Part shown: positions 24,401 to 33,761 of the stretch, piece after piece
Layout: every line of letters starts with the position of its first letter
Numbering within the stretch: position 1 is the stretch's first letter
DNA from: Macrostomum lignano
Taxonomy: Eukaryota
Direction of reading: 5' to 3'
NCBI GenBank assembly: GCA_002269645.1
Contig: NIVC01002875.1
Location: 1 to 60,344, forward strand
Length of the DNA stretch: 60,344 nt
Notes under the pieces: model-generated
What the model was told of the DNA's origin: nothing
The model's database searches: none
Seen by the model: the letters and a program-made list of their open reading frames with translations, nothing else
Translations under genes and position numbers: made by a program

Positions 24401-27400
24401 GCAACGCGCGAAGTACCTGGCCCGAGTACAGCAGCTGATTCAGACGCGGCGAATGTAGAATCGGAGCCAGACGTCGACACTGAAACTTCATTTGCAGTGG
24501 CAGGAATTCTGTCCGCAGCGCAGACACTCGCGCTTAAAGACGCTTGTGACAACAGCACACAGAATTCGGAGTCGGCAGATTCGATTGCACTTGTGCCCAT
24601 ATCCGAGCAGCAGGCATTTGTGGAGGTTTCTCTCAACAAGCGCATTGAGGCCGAATCGCGGTTGACTGCCTACAGGAAAGTGCCACCAGCGAAGGATGGT
24701 GAAGATCCCAAAGTAGCGGCCCTTCGACTGACAGTGACTCTGTCAGTGCTACGAGCCGCTCTTCGCACAGTTTTTATCGAAGGCGAGTTCGCTCGCTCAA
24801 CCCTGTCAGGTCGCAAGGCGCCGGGTCAAGCCAACGCAGCGCCCGCGAACCCGGCGAAACTCGCGGTCGTTCGAGTATGGCTTGCGAACGCTGGGGTCAA
24901 ATACACGGCCGAAAACCTCAGTCGGGCCTTCACCCAGTGCGCGGCGACAGCTCGGGAGAGACTGGGGCTCACTACGCGCCACCAGGAGAAGCTGCCGAAG
25001 CCGGCAAAGACGCAGCCAGCTGCAAAAAAATCGAAATTCCCTTCGTCGACGGCTAATCCGACGACCATCGTCATTCTAGGTGACAAAATCCAGCCGACAT
25101 TGTCCGGTCCGTCTACTGCCCCCGTGTCAGCTGGCCCAGTGTCTGCTGCCCCCATGTCAGCTGGCCCCGCGTCTGCTGCCCCCGTGTCAGCTGGCCCAGT
25201 GTCTGCTGCCCCCATGTCAGCTGGCCCCGCGTCTACTGCCCCCGTGTCAGCTGGCCCAGTGTCTGCTGCCCCCATGTCAGCTGGCCCCGCGTCTGCTGCC
25301 CCCGTGTCAGCTGGCCCAGTGTCTGCTGCCCCCATGTCAGCTGGCCCCGCGTCTGCTGCCCCCGTGTCAGCTGGCCCCGCGTCTGCTGCCCCCATGTCAG
25401 CTGGCCCCGCGTCTGCTGCCCCCGTGTCAGCTGGCCCCGCGTCTGCTGCCCCCGTGTCAGCTGGCCCAGTGTCTGCTGCCCCCATGTCAGCTGGCCCCGC
25501 GTCTGCTGCCCCGTGTCAGCTGGCCCCGCGTCTGCTGCCCCATGTCAGCTGGCCCCGCGTCTGCTGCCCCGTGTCAGCTGGCCCCGCGTCTGCTGCCCCC
25601 GTGTCAGCTGGCCCCGCGTCTGCTGCTCCCGTGTCTGTTGGCCCCGTGTCTGCTGGCCCCGCGTCTGCTGCCCCCGTGTCTGCTGGCCCCGTGTCTGCTG
25701 GCCCCGCGTCTGCTGCCCCCGTGTCTGCTGGCCCCGCGTCTGCTGGCCCGGGAACCATAGAACCAGACGGAACCATTAGCTGCGAAGATATGCTGCAGCT
25801 GCTGCTCGAGAACCAGAAATGACCGCGATCTACCGATGCCGATTTATGTATGCCTAGGAGCCTAAGAAAGGCGCGCAAAAAGTTTAGGCCAGCAGGTGCT
25901 GCAGTACAATTTATTAGTTTGTTTCTTTATTACGTTATTAGTTACTTATGTTACTTTTTCCCATCTGGCATTCGAAAACACTGAAAAATGCTTCAAAATT
26001 AAATACTTTTATAAGGCGCCACTTTAGAGTCAGTCAAATTAGTTAATTTTGAAAAATAAAACTTTGCCATAACTACTATTAACATCTTTATGTTACAAGT
26101 GGCCTTCAGGAAATTAGCCGAATGGAGTGTTTTACTCATCTTTTTATTTGGCCTTTAATAAATCATTTGTCAGCTCTGGACTGCTTGAGCAAATAGAAAT
26201 TGAACGGTGAATTAAATTACGTGGGGAGGCGTGGTCAGGTTTTGGTCTGCTTTTGCCAAGGTTATTATCTGGTTGAGCTGCACCCACTCTCACTGAGTTG
26301 TTCGTCCGGTTTTGCTCAGGTTATTCATCTGGTTGTGTTGCACCCACTCTCACTGGGTTGTTCGTCCGGTTTTGCTCAGGTTATTCATCTGGTTGTGTTG
26401 CACCCACTCTCGCTGGGTTGTTCGTCCGGTTTTGCTCAGGTTATTCATCTGGTTGTGTTGCACCCACTCTCACTGGGTTGTTCGTCCGGTTTTGCTCAGG
26501 TTATTCATCTGGTTGTGTTGCACCCACTCTCGCTGGGTTGTTCGTCCGGTTTTGCTCAGGTTATTCATCTGGTTGTGTTGCACCCACTCTCACTGGGTTG
26601 TTCGTCCGGTTTTGCTCAGGTTATTCATCTGGTTGTGTTGCACCACTCTCGGGTTGTTCGTCCGGTTTTGCTCAGGTTATTCATCTGGTTGTGTTGCACC
26701 CACTCTCACTGGGTTGTTTGTCCGGTTTTGCTCAGGTTATTCATCTGGTTGTGTTGCACCCACTCTCGCTGGGTTGTTCGTCCGGTTTTGCTCAGGTTGT
26801 TCGTGCGGCTGACAAGCAGACGAAACACCTTAGAAAGTTCCCGATGTTGTTTCAGAAATTCCCGATAAACAACCAGGCGAAGCTTCAGGTCTTGCCAGTT
26901 TTTGTCTGTTTTCGAGACCACTTTCCTGATGTTTCTCAGGTTTGTGGATAGGATAAAATGTATTGCAAACAGGACGAAAATCCAGACGGCTGACCAGGTG
27001 AAAAACCCGGCCACATGGCCACACGGGTTGTGTCTCACCGCTTCATTTGTGTCTCACCGCTTCATTCGTGTCTCACCGCTTCATTTGTCTCACCGCTTCA
27101 TTCGTGTCTCACCGCTTCATTTGTGTCTCACCGTTTCATTCGTGTCTCACCGTTTCATTTGTGCCTCACCGTTTCATTTGTGTCTCACCGCTCCCCTTGT
27201 GTCTCACCGCTCCCCTTGTGTCTCACCGCTTCCCTTGTGTCTCATTGCTCCCCTTGTGTCTCACCGCTCCCCTTATGTCTCATTGTTCCCCTTGTGTCTC
27301 ACCGCTTCATTTGTCTCACCGCTCCCCTTGTGTCTCATTGTTCCCCTTGTATCTCATTGCTCCCCTTGTGTCTCATTGCTCCCCTTGTCTCACCGCTTCC

Positions 27401-28664
27401 CTTGTGTCTCATTGCTCCCCTTGTGTCTCACCACTCCCCTTATGTCTCATTGTTCCCCTTGTGTCTCACCGCTTCATTTGTCTCACCGCTCCCCTTGTAT
27501 CTCATTGCTCCCCTTGTGTCTCACCGCTCCCCGTGTTTTATAGCTCTCCTGCGTGTCTCATCAGCCTGTGTCTTCTTCTTTGCGGCTCCTATCTCTCTTA
27601 TGTGTCTCTTAGACAAGAGACATCCCACCTTTGTCTCAAAGCTCTGCCTCACACTTACCCATTATCTGATAAAACAAGAAACCCGCCCTCAAAGATTGCC
27701 CCTCCCTCAAAACTGACCTAGTGAGGTACTGAGCGGCCTCTTTGAACTTGCCAGCCGACCTGCTCAGCTCGGCCAGTCGGCACCACTTGGACGGATCGGA
27801 GCGGTGCAGGTGGGCGGCCAGCAGCAGGAACTGGGCGGACTTCTCCTCCTGGCCGAGCTTCTCGTAGGCCTCGTGCAGCGTCTCGTAGACTTCGTGACTG
27901 CGCGGCTGGATTTTCATCACCTCTTCGCAGATGCGAATGGCGCCAGCCGAGTCGCCTTTGGCCAGCTGCAGCGACGCCTGGCCGACCAGACCGCGGAGCG
28001 ACTCGTCTAAGAAGCTCACGAATACGCCGCCGCCACCGCCGCCGCCGCTGCTGCCCCCGCCGCCGCTGCCACCGTTGCCGTCGTCAGTAGCAGCCGCACT
28101 ATCAGCAGATGCCGCGCCAGCCACCGCCCGTCGCTGCCTCTTCGTTGGCGTCTCCGACTTGGTCGCCAAAGCCTGCCGAGGCCTTCGCTGCTGCTTCTGC
28201 TGCCGCCGTTTCGACCCCGGAGGCGGCGAGTCAGCCGACATGAGCTCTCGGACCAGGTCCTCGCCGTCGTCGTCATCGTCCCGATTGATTTCGTTGCCAA
28301 TGTCGGCCTCGTTGCCGACGCTGACATAGCGGCGTCGAACAGTGTCGGCCAGCTGGTCGAAGTTGATGCGGCCGCTCACGTAGCTGTCGTACAGGTCGGG
28401 ATCGTCCTGCACAGCCGACATCAGGCCTTCGGAGTCTTCGGACAGGCTGGACAGCGAGTCCGTCTCTCCGACCGGCTGGACGGACTCCAGCTCGGCCAGG
28501 AAGCTCTGCTGCTGTTGTTGTTGCTTTTGCAGTTGCTGCTGCTGCTGCATCTCCAGCTGGGCTGAGACCGGCAGCTTGTAGGGCGGGCACAGGTACGGCC
28601 CGTGCTCGATCACCTTGGAGACGAAACCCTCGCCTTCTCCTCCGCCGCTCCCGCTGTCAGCCAT
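6494..28664 (-). CDS. GTF3C3: General transcription factor IIIC subunit 3 (TFIIIC102/Tfc4, TPR protein), about 980 aa; exons 27718-28664, 17251-17547, 15759-16338, 8383-8723, 7020-7589, 6494-6701
   Basis: All six exons have GT-AG boundaries with matching phases (2943 nt). Acidic N-terminus followed by TPRs (LVGQASLQLAKGD...EVYETLHEAYEKLG, AVWLSYAQCLKELG). The C-terminus QEVAYNTARILHRLG...AAHNLLVLYKSVGN matches the recognisable GTF3C3 tail. Confidence 0.92.
6715..7005. repeat. 32-bp minisatellite filling GTF3C3 intron 5
   Basis: Unit GGCGGTGATGGTGGGTGAGGGAGAGGGTGATT, period 32 (6841 to 6873). Confidence 0.95.
7630..8300. repeat. 27-bp minisatellite filling GTF3C3 intron 4
   Basis: Unit GGGGCGATTCCTTGCAGGGGGTGTCTA, period 27. 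Confidence 0.95.
8785..15640. repeat. About 6.8-kb polypurine/polypyrimidine mosaic repeat filling GTF3C3 intron 3
   Basis: The plus strand is almost only A/G: GAGGAAGAGAGGGGAA modules joined by GGG/GGAA/GTT. It explains the spurious 2300-aa ORFs. Confidence 0.98.
16385..17225. repeat. 30-bp minisatellite filling GTF3C3 intron 2
   Basis: Unit CAAATGGGATCTCAGCATCTCACAGAGAGC, about 28 copies. Confidence 0.96.
17582..18454. repeat. 19-bp minisatellite in GTF3C3 intron 1 (left of the transposon)
   Basis: Unit TGTCTCACCGCTTCATTTG, period 19. Confidence 0.96.
19295..22284 (+). pseudogene. EnSpm/CMC (Transposase_21-like) DDE transposase, frameshifted near 20820-20840; probable short 5' exons from 19295 (splicing not resolved)
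   Basis: Joining ORFs 19889..20944 and 20839..22284 gives CNEC...CTYC, LSSDG (D at 20552), DAPAR (D at 20810), YGCEKC, CYLHQLLLG, FRGHEYEMW, TYNAHQVCCH and SAGLFES (E at 21664), in the order typical of CMC transposases. Confidence 0.88.
23391..25822 (+). CDS. Transposon accessory protein: basic N-terminus, possible beta-barrel module, coiled coil, BEN-like domain, SAGPASAAP repeats (exons 23391-24090, 24168-25822)
   Basis: A 77-nt GTGAGT...TGTAG intron joins ORFs 23391 and 24107 in frame (phase 1). The segment ALRTVFIEGEFARSTLSGRK...ANPAKLAVVRVWL...AFTQCAATARER resembles the BEN pattern by eye. Confidence 0.7.
25110..25750 (+). repeat. 15/30-bp coding minisatellite in transposon ORF2
   Basis: GTGTCAGCTGGCCCC and GCGTCTGCTGCCCCC units encoding VSAGPASAAP. 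Confidence 0.95.
26270..26800. repeat. 60-bp subterminal tandem repeat of the transposon (about 9 copies)
   Basis: Unit TCATCTGGTTGTGTTGCACCCACTCTC(A/G)CTGGGTTGTTCGTCCGGTTTTGCTCAGGTTAT. Confidence 0.95.
27028..27535. repeat. Continuation of the 19-bp intronic minisatellite right of the transposon
   Basis: Same TGTCTCACCGCT core, with more CCCCT and ATTG variants. Confidence 0.95.
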
Positions 28665-29636
28665 GCGCCAGTCAAACAGTAGCAAGTAGTATGATGCGAT
28701 TCCGACAATATTTTTTTCGCATGCAGAAAAAACACAAGCATCATTATGCAGCCAATGAGTGAACGCAGTATTGATTAAACATTATTACAGAACTATCTAT
28801 TAAAACCGGCATTGGATCGCAAACTGTTCTAAGTAGCATGTTGCAACGAAGGTTTCAACTAAGCAGCGAAGTTTTCTACTCGTAGGAGGACAGCCTCATA
28901 AAACCCTGATTAATTTTTACTGATTTCAAGGTAGGAAACTTCAAACTTGAGAATTGCTAATGAATACTTTTTTAGTCTAGGGTCGAAAAACCGCCTGTCA
29001 AAAGAAAAATATGGCGTCAGTTAAATCACAAGGAAAATGAATAAAACTATTCCTCATCATGGGCGACTTAGAGGGGAGGGCTTAAACTTAAGCAAGCAAG
29101 TCTTTGTTCCATCATTTGTTCCACATGGAGCTGGTGTGTGTGTGTGTATCTTAGCTGAATAAACCAGTCAATAGAGCACGTTTATTTATTTATTGCGCCT
29201 TAAACAGACAGCAGTTGGTAGAGCTAAGGGGGAGGCTGTGCATTCTGAGAACACCGCTAGAGCACAATGTTAAGTAGAATGTTCAAAAAACAGTTTTCCA
29301 AAAAGTTCTTACAATTGAAACAGTGGGGCGGGGACAGGCCTGGCTTGCTGCGAACTGGATTATCATAGGGAGAGATTTCATTACATTGCTAACAAATTTA
29401 ATTTGCCCGCTAAGCTGGGCAATATCAACAATTTCCTTTAGTCCTTCCAGAAGAGACGGTACAGTTAAAGAAAGCTGTTATAAAATAAGAAATAGCTGGA
29501 GTGAAACGGAGATGTAGAGACCGAGAGAAGCTTCCCTTAGTGACGTACAAAAGCACACTTGGTTATTGAGTAGAAAAAACCATCAAGCAATAAAGCGAAG
29601 TTCCTGTGTCTAATTTAGTAGCAGGTGTCAGGCCGC

Positions 29637-30097
29637 TCAGTGACCGCCGTGGCTGGGCGGGGCCTCCGGCGTCAGCTTGATCTGATCGTCAATGCGCAGG
29701 ATGGTGATGGCGGCCTCCGTGGCGAACTTCAGGCTTTTGATCTTGCTGACGGCCGGCTCCAGCACGCCGGCCTCTTTGTTGTCGCGAACCTTGCCTTCCT
29801 GCAGGTCCAGCCCGAACCTGCCCGGAGTTTGATTGAGGTCATGGGTGAGTTCATGGGTGTGTTTATGGGTGAGTTTATGGGTGAGTTCATGGGTGTGTTT
29901 ATGGGTGAGTTTATGGGTGAGTTCATGAGTGTGTTTATGGGTGAGTTCATGAGTGTGTTTATGGGTGAGTTCATGAGTGTGTTTATGGGTGAGTTCATGA
30001 GTGTGTTTATGGGTTAGTTCATGGGTGAGTTTATGGGTGAGTTTATGGGTGAGTTCATGAAGTTTATGGGTGAGTTTATGGGTGATTACAGAGAGAC

Positions 30098-30152
<55 letters not shown>

Positions 30153-30179
30153 TAGACAGACAGACAGACAGACAGACAC

Positions 30180-30278
<99 letters not shown>

Positions 30279-32962
30279 CACAGACAGACAGAAATCAAAA
30301 GACACCAATGCCAGACAGACAGGAATGCCGCAGCTCACCACTTGTAGGCGGCGCAGTCCTTTTTGACCTGGCTGGCATTGTGCCGAGCCCTCAGCTGGGC
30401 CAGCAGCTCCGTGGAGTCCTGGGCGGCATTCACGGCCAGCTGCTTGGGGACGCAAAGCAGAGCCCTGGCGAATTCGGCGATGGCCATCTGCTCGCGCGAG
30501 GCCAGCGAAGTGGCGTAGTTCTCCAGGTAGATGTTCAGGGCGACCTCCACGGCGCCGCCGCCGGGCACGAGCTGGCGGCCCTCCAGCACCCGCTTGACAA
30601 CGCACAGGGCGTCGTGGACGCTGCGCTCCATCTCGTCGCAATAGAAATCGTTGGCGCCGCGCAGCACGATGCTGGCGGCGGAGCGGGCCTTCGGGCCGCG
30701 GATCACGATCAGCTCGTCGTCGGAGATTCGCTCCTGGGCGACGCACTCGGCCTGGCCCAGCAGGGAGGCGTCAAAGGACTCCTCGCCCTCCAAGTTGGTC
30801 ATGGAGACCACGAACTGGCCGCCGGTGGCCTTGGCGATGCGCTTCAAGTCGATCTTCTTGCACCGGCGAACGGCCATGGCGCCGGCTTCGACGAAGTACT
30901 TCATGCACAGATCGTCGATTGACCCGGTGGTCAGGATGACGTTGGCGCCCGACGCCATGATCTTCTGCACGCGCTCTTTGGTGAGGTCGGACTCGCGGGC
31001 CCGCATCAGCTCCAGCTGCTCGGGCGTCTCAATGACCAGCTGGACGCCCAGCTTCATCTTGGACTTTTGCAGGCTAAAATCTAGGCAAGCGATTTTAGCA
31101 TTGGTGATCCTCTTGGGCATCTGGACGGAGCCCACAGTGCAGTTCAGGGCGTAGCCGTTGATCAGCACGCTGTCCCGGGTGGAACCGCCGTGGGCCTGAA
31201 AGAATGATTGGGTGTAAGTACATCCATGACTAGCTCTGGAGGGTGTACGAGTATTGGGGGCTTGAGTTGGCCAGGTTGGGTGATTGGGTGTACATTAGGG
31301 AGTGGGGTTGCGGGACTGGGTGTACATTAGGGAGTGGGGTTGTGGGACTGGGTGTACATTAGGGAGTGGGGTTGTGGGACTGGGTGCATATTAGGGAGTG
31401 GGGTTGTGGGACTGGGTGTACATTAGGGAGTGGGGTTGCGGGATTAGGTGTACATTAGGGAGTGGGGTTGCGGGACTGGGTGTACATTAGGGAGTTGGGT
31501 TGTGGAACTGGGTATATATTAGGGAGTGGGGTTGCGGGACTGGGTGTATATTAAGGAGTGAGGTTGTGGGACTGGGTGTATATTAGGAAGTGGGATTGCG
31601 GGACTGGGTGCATATTAGGGAGTGGGGTTGTGGGACTGGGTGCATATTAGGTAGTGGGGTTGTGGGACTGGGTGTACATTAGGGAGTGGTGTTGTAGGAC
31701 TGGGTGTATATATGGAGTGGGGTTGCGGGACTGGGTGTACATTAGGGAGTGGGGTTGCGGGACTGGGTGTACATTAGGGAGTGGTGTTGTAGGACTGGGT
31801 GTATATATGGAGTGGGGTTGTGGGACTGGGTGTACATTAGGGAGTGGGGTTGCGGGACTGGGTGTACATTAGGGAGTGGTGTTGTAGGACTGGGTGTATA
31901 TATGGAGTGGGGTTGCGGGACTGGGTGTACATTAGGGAGTGGGGTTGCGGGACTGGGTGTACATTAGGGAGTGGGGTTGTAGGACTGGGTGTATATATGG
32001 AGTGGGGTTGCGGGACTGGGTGTACATTAGGGAGTGGGGTTGCGGGACTGGGTGTACATTAGGGAGTGGGGTTGCGGGACTGGGTGTACATTAGGGAGTG
32101 AGGTTGTGGAACTGGGTGTATATTAGGGAGTGGGGTTGCGGGACTGGGTGTATATTAGGGAGTGGGGTTGCGAGATTAGGTGTACATTAGGGAGTGGGGT
32201 TGCGGGACTGGGTGTATATTAGGGAATGGGGTTGCGGGATTAGGTGTACATTAGGGAGTGGGGTTGCGGGATTAGGTGTAACATTAGGGAGTGGGGTTGT
32301 CTAACTGAATGCGCATTTCAATTCGGTCTGGCAATGCGGTACCATACCTTGAGCACGTTGACAGCCTTGATAGGGTAGCGGTGGCCGCCCTTGCCATCGG
32401 CGACCCGCACTGCCATCGCGGCGTCGACGGCCATGGCAGCGAACAGCTCGGCGTCGCAGCCAATGATCTTGGAGCTCATGGACGTCTTGGCGGCGTTCAC
32501 AATGTTATCCCTGGCCAAGTCGTCAACGCTGATCACTAGACGCTCGTTGATAAACTTGACGGCCTCGCGGCAGGCCAGCCGGTAGCCAGAGATGATGGTG
32601 GTCGGGTGGATCTTCAGCGACATCAGCTCCTCTGCGTTCTTCAGCAGCTCGGCGGCCACCAGCACCACGCTGGTCGTGCCGTCGCCAACTTCTTCGTCCT
32701 GCAGCTGGGCCAGTTCAACCAGAATCTTGGCGGCCGGGTGCTCGACCTCCAGCAGCTTGAGAATGGTGGCGCCGTCGTTGGTGATAGTGACATCGCCGAC
32801 ATCGTCGACCAGCATCTTGTCCAGGCCGACTGGGCCCAGACTGGTCTTCACGATGTTCGCTATGGAGGCGGCGGCCACCACATTCTGGTGGCGGACGGAC
32901 TCGCCAGTCAGGCGCTCGCCAGACACCATGAGAAGGTTGGAGGTGTTTGCATTGCCGGCCAT
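29637..32962 (-). CDS. TCP1: T-complex protein 1 subunit alpha (CCT1), about 550 aa; exons 32348-32962, 30339-31195, 29637-29817
   Basis: [66 protein letters not shown] and [22 protein letters not shown] introns, phases consistent (1653 nt). Confidence 0.97.
29841..30292. repeat. 12-bp repeat (ATGGGTGAGTT(C/T)) followed by (GACA)n in the last TCP1 intron
   Basis: Directly visible: 29841-30085 and 30090-30292. Confidence 0.95.
31282..32300. repeat. 32-bp minisatellite in a TCP1 intron with a 95-bp higher-order block
   Basis: Unit GGGACTGGGTGTACATTAGGGAGTGGGGTTGC. Identical ORFs starting at 31654, 31749 and 31844 show the 95-bp period. Confidence 0.95.
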
Positions 32963-33059
32963 TGCTGAAACATGCAGAGAGTAAGTGGCTGCTTTTGGGG
33001 ATGAACCTTGGGATTGGTTTAATAACCTACTTACCATTTGTGATATAGGGCTTAGGGCT

Positions 33060-33440
33060 GGGACTGCTGGGGTGTTGGATTGAGTGTATACTGGGGGCTG
33101 AAGAGTTGGATTGAGTGTACATTGGGGTTGTGGCTGCTGGGGTGTTGGATTGAGTGTACACTGGGGTTGGGACCACTAGAGTGTTGGATTGAGTGTACAT
33201 TGGGGGTTGTGGCTGCTGGGGTGTTGGATTGAGTGTACATTGGGGGTTGTGGCTGCTGGGGCGTTGGATTGAGTGTACATTGGGGGTTGTGGCTGCTGGG
33301 GTGTTGGATTGAGTGTACATTGGGGGTTGTGGCTGCTGGGGTGTTGGATTGAGTGTACATTGGGAGTTGGGACTGCCAGAGTGTTGGATTGAGTGTACAT
33401 TGGTGGTGTGGCTGCTGGGGTGTTGGATTGAGTGTACATT
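33060..33440. repeat. 40-bp minisatellite in the TCP1 5' region (probable 5'UTR intron)
   Basis: Unit GTGTTGGATTGAGTGTACATTGGGGGTTGTGGCTGCTGGG. Donor-like GTAAGA at 33526 and GTAAGT at 33034 on the minus strand. Confidence 0.9.
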
Positions 33441-33761
33441 ATGGTTTGGTTCTGTTCGGGCTAGATGTAGTGCACATCTGATGTAGGGCAGTGAAACTAT
33501 TGAGGGGACTTATTCAACAGTCTTACTTTAAAAAATCTTGAGTCGAAAAAACTTGCACATGAACTCAACGTGAATTGCGCGGGTAGCAACAAACGCCTTG
33601 CTACAATGTGAATGCGGTTTCAATTTTTATCAAAGACTCGGGAGTTTCCCGTCCGTACGACAAAATTCAAATCTGCGCTCGCGATAACAATTAACTGACG
33701 CAAAGTTAAGCTATTCACAAATGCTGGGGAATTTTAGAATACGATATGAGGAACAGTCGGA

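Larger units (their letters stand above)
18455..27027 (+). mobile_element. Full-length CMC/EnSpm-type DNA transposon (8573 bp)
   Basis: The left end CCCGTGTGGCCATGTGGTCGGGTT matches the reverse complement of the right end AACCCGGCCACATGGCCACACGGG (23/24, imperfect match to about 35 bp). TT is duplicated on both sides, and removing the element plus one TT restores the host repeat CTTCATTTGTGTCT. The element contains a transposase and subterminal repeats. Confidence 0.93.
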
